IMG/VR virus record: IMGVR_UViG_3300044712_002668
Coordinates: 1 to 64,000 of that record
DNA length: 64,000 nucleotides
Strand: one strand, 5' to 3'
The notes under the pieces were generated by a model. That model searched no databases, was not told the DNA's origin, and was given only the letters and a program-made list of their open reading frames with translations. Below, piece after piece: positions 8,450-17,954 of the stretch. Both the position numbers and the translations under genes were made by a program. The stretch's first letter is position 1; every line of letters starts with the position of its first letter.

Positions 8450-9976
8450 ATGAATATACAGAAATTATCTTCTCTTATACAAGGTACCGCTAAACAACTT
8501 CACAATAGCGAGAAATTACCTTTACCGCTTTTAGCAGTTAAAGCTCGTAAAGCTGCTGAAAGCCGTCCAATGGATATTCCAATTGTCAGTACCGCTCAGG
8601 TATTAACAAAAATGGCATCCAATCAAACGTTTATCAGTAGATCCGAGTTTGCTGAAGTTCTAAATAGCTTTAAAACACCAAGTTCAAAGTTGGCTGATGT
8701 ATTCGCTGAAGAACTAGGACAGAATGAACTTGATAAACCAAAGTTGTTTCAACGCGATTCAAATGAAGGTATGTCATTGGACCGTGATTATGATCGTTTG
8801 GCAGATCCTGTTTTAGCAAACGCTTTGAGCGGTGCTTTTTCAGAAACAAGAGAAGCTAAATTATATTCAAATGCAGAAGCTGAGAAGGCGCATAAATCCT
8901 GTTATGCACAGTTGCTAAGTGTTGGTTTGCCATCTCGTAGCATTACAACGTTTGCTGGTAGAAATGATATAATCATATGCCAAGCTTCCTATGAGAGTCC
9001 AAAGGGACAAGCTCATGTTTTGGTGCCAGTTGAAATCAAAGAAGGAAAAGCACTTCTACCATCAATGTTTTTGACAAGATTTGGATTCCGTGAGATCACC
9101 AAGGAAAATGTAGCGGCGCATGTTTTTGATGTTGCTGGAAAATCTTTCAAGGTAGATGGCGAGAATTTATTGAATGTTATAGCTGAGGCTAAACATGGAG
9201 TAAGAAAAGTTGCCAGCGATGTAGAGATGGCGGCAATCAAGCTGGCTTCTGAGAAGGGTAGAGCAGCTTTGGATCCAAGCCATGTTGTGTATGCAGAGCT
9301 TGATACTGATAAGCCTGCGGGCGTTCAGTTACCACAAATACCACTTACACAAGAAGAGGATACGTTTGCTAGTAAACTAAGTAATCCTGATGGTGTAGCA
9401 CGTTTTGTACATGGGGATAAGCTGGTTGAAGCTGCCAGACACATGCTGGTTTCTAAATTGGCAGGAATGTCATACAGGAACGTACAGGTAAAGGTAGCAG
9501 ATGTTGAGGATAAGAAGATATTCTTCAATGTGGCTATTGGCACTCATACTGGTTTGAAGGTACCTGTTGATATAAAGGGTGGAAACGCGATGCCACCAAA
9601 GGTAGTTATTGCTGATGGGCAGATTAAAGGGTTTTCTGCAACAGCAATCAATGATTTCGTTCAAAGCGGTCATGGTGGAGATAAGAGGGCTCTTGCAGCA
9701 GCATCTCCTACTTATGATATGAAACCAACAGAGCTTTTGGATGTTGTAAAACAATCAGTAGCCGAGGGTAATTATTTGAGAGCTGAGGAGGCTATAAATG
9801 TGCTTGGAGAGATTGATACTTCAGCCCAGCAGGTAGCATTGGCTCATTTTATGTCAAACATATACGAACCAGGAAAAGAACCTTCAAAACAAATCAAGGT
9901 TGCTGCATCAAAACCGGTGCAAGATCTTCCTGTTACATTTATGACTCACAAGATTTTCTTTCCTGAAGGAGAATAA
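8450..9976 (+). CDS. Putative virion (head) protein
   Basis: 508 aa; contains RKVA-S and IKVA-A motifs; no recognised family. Confidence 0.7.
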   Translation: MNIQKLSSLIQGTAKQLHNSEKLPLPLLAVKARKAAESRPMDIPIVSTAQVLTKMASNQTFISRSEFAEVLNSFKTPSSKLADVFAEELGQNELDKPKLFQRDSNEGMSLDRDYDRLADPVLANALSGAFSETREAKLYSNAEAEKAHKSCYAQLLSVGLPSRSITTFAGRNDIIICQASYESPKGQAHVLVPVEIKEGKALLPSMFLTRFGFREITKENVAAHVFDVAGKSFKVDGENLLNVIAEAKHGVRKVASDVEMAAIKLASEKGRAALDPSHVVYAELDTDKPAGVQLPQIPLTQEEDTFASKLSNPDGVARFVHGDKLVEAARHMLVSKLAGMSYRNVQVKVADVEDKKIFFNVAIGTHTGLKVPVDIKGGNAMPPKVVIADGQIKGFSATAINDFVQSGHGGDKRALAAASPTYDMKPTELLDVVKQSVAEGNYLRAEEAINVLGEIDTSAQQVALAHFMSNIYEPGKEPSKQIKVAASKPVQDLPVTFMTHKIFFPEGE

Positions 9977-10905
9977 TGGCTATTTCAATGGATTTAAGAG
10001 TTCTAGCTCGCAAGCTGGAGAAGAGCAGTGATGACTTATTGGTTAATGCGGCAGCAAAAGATCCTAATATTTTTGATAAAGTTGCCCAGGCTGTAGCCGC
10101 TGCTTCAACCTTACTTGAAGAAGTTGCAAATGATTTGGATGCCTCTCAATCTAATGAAATAAAACCAGAACAACTGGATGAAATAGCAGCATTAGCTTCT
10201 TCATTTTATGAGAGTGGAAATCCATTATTGAAAAAGCAGGCTTCTGTATTGGATGAGATATTGCTGTCTATTGCAGCTCCAAAAAACGCTATAGCTGAAT
10301 CTAAGAGAGTTAGTGAAGATGAGATTAATAAACTCAGAGCAAAGCGCAGGGGAGAGGCTGTTAAGGAGTTATATCAAGATCCAAAAGAAGCTCTTGATAA
10401 GATGAACCTTGTAAAAGAGCAAACTGATGCGGTCAAGAAGCAGGTAAAGCGTTATGCCCCATTGGAGGCTCCATTACAGACACGGTATGCACCTGATATG
10501 CCAGGTGTTATGATGACAAGAATTTCTGATCATATTTACCAAGATTTAGTTACTGGTAAGATTTATGACTTCAAGGCTGGATATACAACAGTTAAGGGAA
10601 ATAAAATTCCAGGTTCTTCTGTTGAAAATCAAACCGCTGCTCTGGGAGATCAGCGTCATGGCAATGCCATGTTTGAAACTCGTGAAAGTATTATGAATAG
10701 AATGGCTTCTGATGAAATTGACTTTATAAAACAGGCTGGTGATAAGATAAATATTGCCAAACAATTTTTGAAAGATGCCTCTGAGTTTTATCCTGAGAAG
10801 AAAGCGTTGGCAATCGAAGTGGTAGATAAATATCTATCAAATGATGATATGACACTTTCTTTGGACCTCTTGGATGGTCCAAAAAAAAAACTCATGAGGT
10901 GGTAG
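9976..10905 (+). CDS. Putative head protein/leader; 0-frame product ending just after an A10 slippery run
   Basis: 309 aa; KKQA-S, NRMA-S and IKQA-G motifs; ends ...GPKKKLMRW*. Confidence 0.75.
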   Translation: MAISMDLRVLARKLEKSSDDLLVNAAAKDPNIFDKVAQAVAAASTLLEEVANDLDASQSNEIKPEQLDEIAALASSFYESGNPLLKKQASVLDEILLSIAAPKNAIAESKRVSEDEINKLRAKRRGEAVKELYQDPKEALDKMNLVKEQTDAVKKQVKRYAPLEAPLQTRYAPDMPGVMMTRISDHIYQDLVTGKIYDFKAGYTTVKGNKIPGSSVENQTAALGDQRHGNAMFETRESIMNRMASDEIDFIKQAGDKINIAKQFLKDASEFYPEKKALAIEVVDKYLSNDDMTLSLDLLDGPKKKLMRW

Positions 10906-10951
10906 GTTTAAGCAGTTATGCTGCTTTCTTCCCTCCAACAGCACAACCTCA
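10879..10951 (+). other. Candidate -1 ribosomal frameshift / slippage site
   Basis: CCA AAA AAA AAA CTC (A10 at 10881-10890); -1 frame is open from the run into the 2096-aa ORF; downstream pairings AAGCAG/CTGCTT and TGAGGT/ACCTCA. Confidence 0.6.
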
Positions 10952-13900
10952 AATTGATGAGATACTTGATAAATACAAGGCTTTATCAATTTCATATGAG
11001 GAATGCAAAAAGCAATTAATAGAGCTTGGACGTTCTCTTAAGTTGCCAGAGGCTTTGCTGGAACATGAAGTGAAGCTTTTGATTCAAAACGATAGTCAAA
11101 ATAATTTCCCACCAGAAGCCACTAAGGCAGTTAATGATATTTTAGAGTGGTATAAGAAAGATCCAATGAATAAAGCGAAAGCTATTAGCGCTTTATATCA
11201 TTTAGCAGCCGAATATAATGTACCTAATGTTAATTATATAGTACATCGTATTATTAAAGAGTTTGAAGCTGAAAACTCTCTTGTACCACAATTGCCAGCT
11301 ATACCAGGAAGAGAGTCATTTGTTGGGGTGGAAAATGAATTTGATAGTACCATAATAGATTTATGGCAAGGTATTGAAACACCAGAAACAGCCTTTATAA
11401 TATTAGACCGTTTATTAATTCATAATCCACAATATACTAAAAATGAAAAAGCAAGAGAAAAGGTTATAAATCCGATAATTGAGTATGTTGAAGGAATGCG
11501 TGGGCACACAGCATTTACACCAGAAACAGAAAGTACTTTTTCTGAGCAAATTCCAACAGAGATAAATAGTGATTTATTGAGCCCTGAAGTTCAGGCTACC
11601 AAGAAATTCCGTGCCCACCAGATTGGTCTTGAAAGATATGACTCAGAAACACTGAAACACATTGAAAATGTGTTTGATTTATTGAGAAGCTCTACTATCT
11701 CAAAGGAAGAAGCTTTTAATAAATTGTTCTTGGTTATTAAGAAATTCTTATCTACAAAGAAGAATTATACGGAGATTCCTGGCGAATTGGATGCTTGGTC
11801 AGAACAGCATACAAGAGCTCTACTTAATGCTGAGTATAATAGGATTCAGCAACAAAAAAAGAAAGAGATGGCTGATAATAGGCTTAAAGAGTGTTCTCCA
11901 AGACATATTCTTGGAGCGCCAATTAATTTTTCAGACCCAGCAGTAGCTAATAAAGTAAGGAGATTATATCATCTGTTTACTAATGGTAAATTACCATGGA
12001 AAACATATCGTGCTGAGTTATTAAAAATTGGTATTGATGGTGATACACTTCCTGAAGAGAATGATATTCAAAATGCTGTAGAAGAGTTGATAACTCGTGT
12101 ATATAGTTTCAGTATAACATGGAGTGATTTTACCAGGAACATGATATTGCTTGGCAAAAATCGTAAAGATATACTTGAAATTGCAGAGAATCTGTTCAAG
12201 GACAATCAAATTACCGAGCATCAATTAACAGAGAGAACTTTGTTTGTTCTTTTGGCTTTGAAAGGATATGAACAAGGAGCCTGGAAAGCTTTTGAAAATT
12301 TCATGAAGGCAAAGGATCTTCCAGATGGAGATGAAAATAAACAGACAATACAACGGTTTGAGAGTAAGCTTGAAACAATGGGTCTCAACAAAAACGAGAT
12401 TGAAATGTTTATCAAGCTATCAGGTGTAACAACTTTTTATGAGTTGGTTCCAAAACTTACAGGTAATAATATCCTTGTAAGAATAGAAATTGATAGAAAA
12501 CTAACCGGTGAACCTGAATGGTCAAGGGTAATTATAAACGGTGCAAGAGAGTCTTTACCCCTAAAGAGCAAGACACTTAAAACTGGTATTTACAACATTG
12601 TTTTTGATGTTTGTGGTTATAAACAATTATCTCAAATTTTCAATCTTGATTTGCCAGAGTCTATGCCAGCGGAGTCTCCAAAGAAAGAACACTGCGTTGA
12701 TATTTGGGTTGCCAATCCATTATTTCCTGAGAAATGGTTGTTTTTCAAATCTGTACCACTTGAGGTGGATGCTAGCCAAGCAAAAATTGTACGTAGATTT
12801 GTAAAGCAAATTGAAAGTGTAACTGACACGGTTGAAGCTAGAACCAATCTATTAGTCAAATACAGTGCAATTGAGTTTTTGAAAACTCTGGATATTGCAG
12901 AGGAAGCAAAAGCTCTTGGATCTGATTATGGAAAGCTAACGCCAGAGGTATTATCTGGTATTTTAGGTTGCTTCAAACAAGCCAGGGATACAACTCATCC
13001 AGGTGATAAGCCTGGTGTTCAATGGGATTTGACCAATGAAGATCATGTAAATGACCTCATTGCTAAAGCCAATAATTTATGGAATGATCGCTTTTTGAGC
13101 GCAAATGTAGGCGAAAATCTTAATAAGATGATTTCCTTGGATACTTTCAAGGTTATATTCTCCTTGTTCAATAAAATAACGTCAACTGTAGATCCTCCAG
13201 AGGGAGATACATGGAATGTTGAAGACAAGGAACAAGCTGGTACTTTAGCGTCCAAGATAAAAGAAAGCATAGATCAAACTTATACAACTCGTAAGATTTA
13301 TAGCCTTGATAAGACTGTTATTACAAGTATTATTACAAGAATATATAATGATATAATGCATAACACAATGCCATTGGATATGGCATTGCCAGAATCTACT
13401 GAGAGTGTTGAACAGGATCTTTCAAAATTCTGGGATTTATCAAACCCTGATCATGTTGCATATCTTACAGAGAAAGCCAAGCAAAAATGGGATGATTTGA
13501 TAACACAGATAATATCAGCTCCAGCAATAAAGGATCCTGAGAATCCAGATATCAAAACAAGAAATGATTTATATCTTGAATTTATGTTATATGGTTTTCC
13601 TAAGTTGAAAGAACAGATGGAAAATGAGAAGAAAGAAGAACAAGTTGTGGTAGAACCCGCAACACCTTCTGCACCAGCAAAGGCTAGAAGATTAACAAAA
13701 GAGGAAAAAGCAGCTAAAGAAGCATCTCAAAAGAGAAATATTGATATTATCAAACAAATGACTGAAAGAAGCTTTGTTGCCAGAAGTATGTTTGGTAATT
13801 TCTCAAGAGAGCAACGTGAAAAAGAATGGAACAAAATTTGGCAAGAGATGTGTGCCGAAAGTCGTGATTGGATTCTTTTATCAGCGGTTGAGGAAAAGGG

Positions 13901-16900
13901 CACACAAATTGATGGTAAAAAGCTTGTATCAGAAGAAATACAACGCAGACTTGCTGAAAAGATGAAGCTTGGAACACTTTCTCCAGAAACGCTTGATTTA
14001 GACAAGATTTCTGAAGAAATCTTGAGCAATCCTGAGTATGATACATTATTCAATTTCATAAAGAAAAACTGGGTAAGATCATCTGGTGATTTGAATGCAA
14101 AGGGACTATCTGACGATGACCTTCAGAGAGAAACTTTGCGTTGGTTTAAGGAAAGCGGAGATGCCTTATTGTTATTGGCTGTTTTGAAATATTGGTATAT
14201 GGGTGTTCATAATGAGCGTATCAAAAAGAATGTTCAAGCCAAGAGCGCTGGAGCGCAAAAATTGGTAGCAGCTCAAGGTGTTACACTTGATAAAATGCAT
14301 TTATGGATGCAAAAAATCCAAGATTTGGCAGCCTATGCTCCAACACATTATCACGCAGTATATAAATGTATCATTGCATTGGTAGCTAAAGCTGTAAAAT
14401 TGTTGAGTATTGCAATTGATATAGCAAATCCTGAAAAAATTAAAACGGAACAATCCTTTTCTTTATCGAAAGAATTGAAGAGTGAAATGACAGTTGTTTC
14501 ACCTGATGATCCTGAGTTGTTTGCGGAAGCTGAGCGTCTTGGTGATTATGGTCATTTCTTACCAATGATGTTGAAGATAACAGATAATGGTAAGCTACCT
14601 GTAGAAATTCATGCACCTGTAGAACATATGAAAGACATTACTTCATTGGATTCTTCTGTTCAAAAAGTAATAAGAAACCCAGCGCTTGGAGGCGATTTAC
14701 GAACTGAAGAGGGTTTGAAGATCAAGGTACGTAATTTATATGAAGGTATAAATGCCATGTTGAGAATCATGGTCAATGTACAGGCTAGATTAACATCTCC
14801 AGTTCAAGACATTTCTAATCTTGTAGCTTTGAAATTGTACTCAATCCACAAGAAACTTGATGAAATGTTAAAACCAGTAGTGTTCTTGTGTGAAAATGCA
14901 TTGCGTAAACTTCTTACAAAAGAAGTGGTAATTAGAAATGTTGTTGGCAGGTCTCAAATGCAAGGAAATCAGGCGTATTATAATGCGCTTGGTTCTGCAG
15001 AATTAGGTAAAAAGACATTTGATCCAGTAGAAGGTGTAAGTAGCCGAGTATTGGGTATTGCCAACGCATACCTGAGTGATCAGCCAATTCGTTTGCAAAA
15101 ACTGGATGAAAAAATCAATCTGAGTGATGCTCAAGAGGCTGCTTTATATCCAGCTCAAGTTATGAGAATTTGGAAGAGAGATGAGTTACAACAGGATGGC
15201 TCTACCAAAACAATGGTAACTGAGGAATATATAAATGTTTATGAATACTATAATGTGTTCGATAAAATTAAAAAAGATGAAGATTTCCAGACTTTTGATA
15301 AGACCAGATCTGCAAAGATTATCAAAACAATGAAAGAACATTATTGTCAGAATCCATATCTTCGTAGAGAATTTGAAAATGGTAGAACCACTACATGGAA
15401 AGATGTATGTGATAATTATAGAAAAGATCCAGCAATGTCACCTCCAATGTTGACTTTGAAACAAATTGAGGATCTTGACGCTGGAAAGTTAGTTTATAAT
15501 GGAAAACAAGTTGGACCTTATGCGGTTTATAGAAAGCAGGTAAAACCAGATTTAACTAATCTAAGGGTTGACTTCAAAACTGATACTGACTTTTCAAGAT
15601 TGAAAGGACCTTGGTGTGTAAGCAATGATTGTCAAAATGATTTGTTTATTTGGAGCCGTTTGGTTGGTCAATGGTATTTGAAGCAAAAAGGTATTGAACC
15701 AACTTCAGAGAAAGAGCTTGATAAGGCTTATCAAGAATGCAAAAAAGTGTGGGCAAAATTGATTGTTGCTTCAAAGGGTAAAGTTCAATCAGGTAAGGAA
15801 GATAAAGAAATTACCGCTGATTTGCGTGCCGTATTTGAACAACAGAATGCTGTCAGCGCTTCTATGCATGCCTTTGGATTGGTAAGTCCATTTGATTATA
15901 ACCCTGGTAGCAGACAGGCCGTATATATAATAAACATTCCAATGGTTGATTGGGCCATAGAGCGTGAACTTGCTAAGCGTAAGGGTCTTCCTATGCCCAA
16001 GAAAGAAGAGGAAGATGAGTTGCCAAGTGGTGGTGATGAAGGTGAAGAGGATTTGCCAGAAGGTGATTGGACTGAGGAAGGAAGTGATCTTGAACATAAG
16101 TACAGGGATATAGAGCCTGGTCATTATGTAGGACAAGCAGGAGGAGAGGCTAAGTATCTTTCAAATGAAGAGATAAAGGCACGCAGGCAGGCAAGAAAGG
16201 ATTTAGAAAAGGCACAGGTTCAACTTGAGGAGGAAGATGATATTCCGGAAGAAACTGGACCAGCGGTAAGATTAACTGGTGAAAAACCAGCTTTACCAGA
16301 ACCTAAGCCTGGAACTTTTAAGGATACACAGAAGGCATTCCCATCTAAATTGAAGAGTGTTTTAACTACAGTACCATCTTCAATTTTGGGAATTGATGAA
16401 CCACCAGTACCTAAATTGCCAGAAAGAAGTTTATCACGTTTTGATAAACCTGTTGAAATTAAACAAGAAGAAGAGCCAGAAACAGCATTGGTACCATCTA
16501 GTGAAGACGAATCATTAGAGTCTTTATTGGCTGATTTACCAGAGGGTGATGGTGGAGAAGGTGGTGGAGAGAGTGGGGCTGCTAAAAAGATTCTACATCC
16601 CGTTCAACAAGTAAGACAGGTACATAGAAATTTTCTTGATGATTTCGGTAATGTTTCTGGTGCAGGTCCTATATCACCAAATGCTTTACAAGACACTAGA
16701 AAGTTTAGCGTATCTTCTTGGATTGAAATGGTAGCAAAGGAGTTTGGTAACGATCCAGATATTACTCCTGAAAAACCATTACACTCCCCTCTTACTAAAC
16801 CTTTGGCTTGGGAAAGATTAACTAATTCTGTATCTATTGGGGCAGCATCTGATGATATAAAGAAAGGTTTGACTCCAGAACAAAGTAAAGAATTTGATAT

Positions 16901-17189
16901 TATCATGGCTTTGAAAGCAGATCCTGCAAAGAAAGAAGAGTATGCTCAAAAGTATAAGCTGTACATAAGTAGATTCTTCTTGAAGAAGGGTTTTGTACCA
17001 CCTGCTGCATTGAATTATGTTGCAATTCAATTGAAGAAAATGGCTTCTGAAGTGGAAGACAATCCAGTTAGAGCCGGAATTTTGAATGAAGAAGCAAAGT
17101 ATGCCAATGAATTATTCGGTGATAAAAAGTGGTCTGAAGTTGGAGCAATGATAATTTCAAATCAAAAGTCTATTGGAACAAGGAAGTAA
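10899..17189 (+). CDS. Giant hypothetical protein, probably made as a -1 fusion to the upstream ORF
   Basis: 2096-aa ORF; GTG start has no upstream SD; helical repeats and acidic linkers. Confidence 0.8.
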   Translation: MVGLSSYAAFFPPTAQPQIDEILDKYKALSISYEECKKQLIELGRSLKLPEALLEHEVKLLIQNDSQNNFPPEATKAVNDILEWYKKDPMNKAKAISALYHLAAEYNVPNVNYIVHRIIKEFEAENSLVPQLPAIPGRESFVGVENEFDSTIIDLWQGIETPETAFIILDRLLIHNPQYTKNEKAREKVINPIIEYVEGMRGHTAFTPETESTFSEQIPTEINSDLLSPEVQATKKFRAHQIGLERYDSETLKHIENVFDLLRSSTISKEEAFNKLFLVIKKFLSTKKNYTEIPGELDAWSEQHTRALLNAEYNRIQQQKKKEMADNRLKECSPRHILGAPINFSDPAVANKVRRLYHLFTNGKLPWKTYRAELLKIGIDGDTLPEENDIQNAVEELITRVYSFSITWSDFTRNMILLGKNRKDILEIAENLFKDNQITEHQLTERTLFVLLALKGYEQGAWKAFENFMKAKDLPDGDENKQTIQRFESKLETMGLNKNEIEMFIKLSGVTTFYELVPKLTGNNILVRIEIDRKLTGEPEWSRVIINGARESLPLKSKTLKTGIYNIVFDVCGYKQLSQIFNLDLPESMPAESPKKEHCVDIWVANPLFPEKWLFFKSVPLEVDASQAKIVRRFVKQIESVTDTVEARTNLLVKYSAIEFLKTLDIAEEAKALGSDYGKLTPEVLSGILGCFKQARDTTHPGDKPGVQWDLTNEDHVNDLIAKANNLWNDRFLSANVGENLNKMISLDTFKVIFSLFNKITSTVDPPEGDTWNVEDKEQAGTLASKIKESIDQTYTTRKIYSLDKTVITSIITRIYNDIMHNTMPLDMALPESTESVEQDLSKFWDLSNPDHVAYLTEKAKQKWDDLITQIISAPAIKDPENPDIKTRNDLYLEFMLYGFPKLKEQMENEKKEEQVVVEPATPSAPAKARRLTKEEKAAKEASQKRNIDIIKQMTERSFVARSMFGNFSREQREKEWNKIWQEMCAESRDWILLSAVEEKGTQIDGKKLVSEEIQRRLAEKMKLGTLSPETLDLDKISEEILSNPEYDTLFNFIKKNWVRSSGDLNAKGLSDDDLQRETLRWFKESGDALLLLAVLKYWYMGVHNERIKKNVQAKSAGAQKLVAAQGVTLDKMHLWMQKIQDLAAYAPTHYHAVYKCIIALVAKAVKLLSIAIDIANPEKIKTEQSFSLSKELKSEMTVVSPDDPELFAEAERLGDYGHFLPMMLKITDNGKLPVEIHAPVEHMKDITSLDSSVQKVIRNPALGGDLRTEEGLKIKVRNLYEGINAMLRIMVNVQARLTSPVQDISNLVALKLYSIHKKLDEMLKPVVFLCENALRKLLTKEVVIRNVVGRSQMQGNQAYYNALGSAELGKKTFDPVEGVSSRVLGIANAYLSDQPIRLQKLDEKINLSDAQEAALYPAQVMRIWKRDELQQDGSTKTMVTEEYINVYEYYNVFDKIKKDEDFQTFDKTRSAKIIKTMKEHYCQNPYLRREFENGRTTTWKDVCDNYRKDPAMSPPMLTLKQIEDLDAGKLVYNGKQVGPYAVYRKQVKPDLTNLRVDFKTDTDFSRLKGPWCVSNDCQNDLFIWSRLVGQWYLKQKGIEPTSEKELDKAYQECKKVWAKLIVASKGKVQSGKEDKEITADLRAVFEQQNAVSASMHAFGLVSPFDYNPGSRQAVYIINIPMVDWAIERELAKRKGLPMPKKEEEDELPSGGDEGEEDLPEGDWTEEGSDLEHKYRDIEPGHYVGQAGGEAKYLSNEEIKARRQARKDLEKAQVQLEEEDDIPEETGPAVRLTGEKPALPEPKPGTFKDTQKAFPSKLKSVLTTVPSSILGIDEPPVPKLPERSLSRFDKPVEIKQEEEPETALVPSSEDESLESLLADLPEGDGGEGGGESGAAKKILHPVQQVRQVHRNFLDDFGNVSGAGPISPNALQDTRKFSVSSWIEMVAKEFGNDPDITPEKPLHSPLTKPLAWERLTNSVSIGAASDDIKKGLTPEQSKEFDIIMALKADPAKKEEYAQKYKLYISRFFLKKGFVPPAALNYVAIQLKKMASEVEDNPVRAGILNEEAKYANELFGDKKWSEVGAMIISNQKSIGTRK

Positions 17190-17954
17190 ATGGCAGATTT
17201 CAAGAAAATTGTTGATCATCCAGAAAAACAAACGATTATAACAAAGCTGGTAAGCGGAGACAGCCCCAAAGCTGTCTCCAAATACCTCAAAGATAAATAT
17301 GAACAACCAGATGAGGCGCATTTAAGACTTTCAGCTACACTTTTACAAGAATTTATTGATACATATGCAGATCATCACGGCTATATAAAAAAAATTATAT
17401 CAGATGATCTATCTACCAAACTTGATAAAAAAATAGCAGAATCTCTCTTGAATAACAAGGAGTGGAGAAAGCGTCTTGAAGAGACAGCAGAAGAACATAT
17501 TGATTTTAAAAAGAAGCTAGCCCATTTATTGACTATTCTTGAAGCTCGTGCAGAGCAGTTGTTTGATTTGATTCAGTCAAACCCTGAAGGAATAAAAACA
17601 GATTATATATTTACCAAGTATATGGAACTGCTTATGCAGGCTATAGAAAAGGGAGATAAGATAGTCAATGAAAAAGCTGATATCAAGATTGAACATTCTT
17701 ATACAGTTCAAATGGTTGAACAACAATCCATTATATTTCAGCAAGCCATTAAACGGAGCCTGGAACGTCTTGGTCCAAAATATGCTTCCATGTTTATGGA
17801 TATTTTACAAGAGGAAATAGCAAAAATAAACCCACAAAGTATTTCACAGGCAATTCCTGTCATTAACTTAGAAAAGGATAATAAAGCAGTTGATAAGTTG
17901 CTTGACTCTGCAACAAATTTAACTGATAAATTTTTAGATGATGAGGATGAATGA
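17190..17954 (+). CDS. Hypothetical helical protein (possible small terminase-like)
   Basis: 254 aa; N-terminal HTH-like block followed by coiled coil; function call weak. Confidence 0.6.
   Translation: MADFKKIVDHPEKQTIITKLVSGDSPKAVSKYLKDKYEQPDEAHLRLSATLLQEFIDTYADHHGYIKKIISDDLSTKLDKKIAESLLNNKEWRKRLEETAEEHIDFKKKLAHLLTILEARAEQLFDLIQSNPEGIKTDYIFTKYMELLMQAIEKGDKIVNEKADIKIEHSYTVQMVEQQSIIFQQAIKRSLERLGPKYASMFMDILQEEIAKINPQSISQAIPVINLEKDNKAVDKLLDSATNLTDKFLDDEDE

Noticed and set aside
10903-10911. Stop-codon reassignment (TAG readthrough) as the reason for split ORFs
   Set aside because: Reading through TAG at 10903 meets TAA two codons later; known genes are intact under the standard code and TAG ends several ORFs cleanly.
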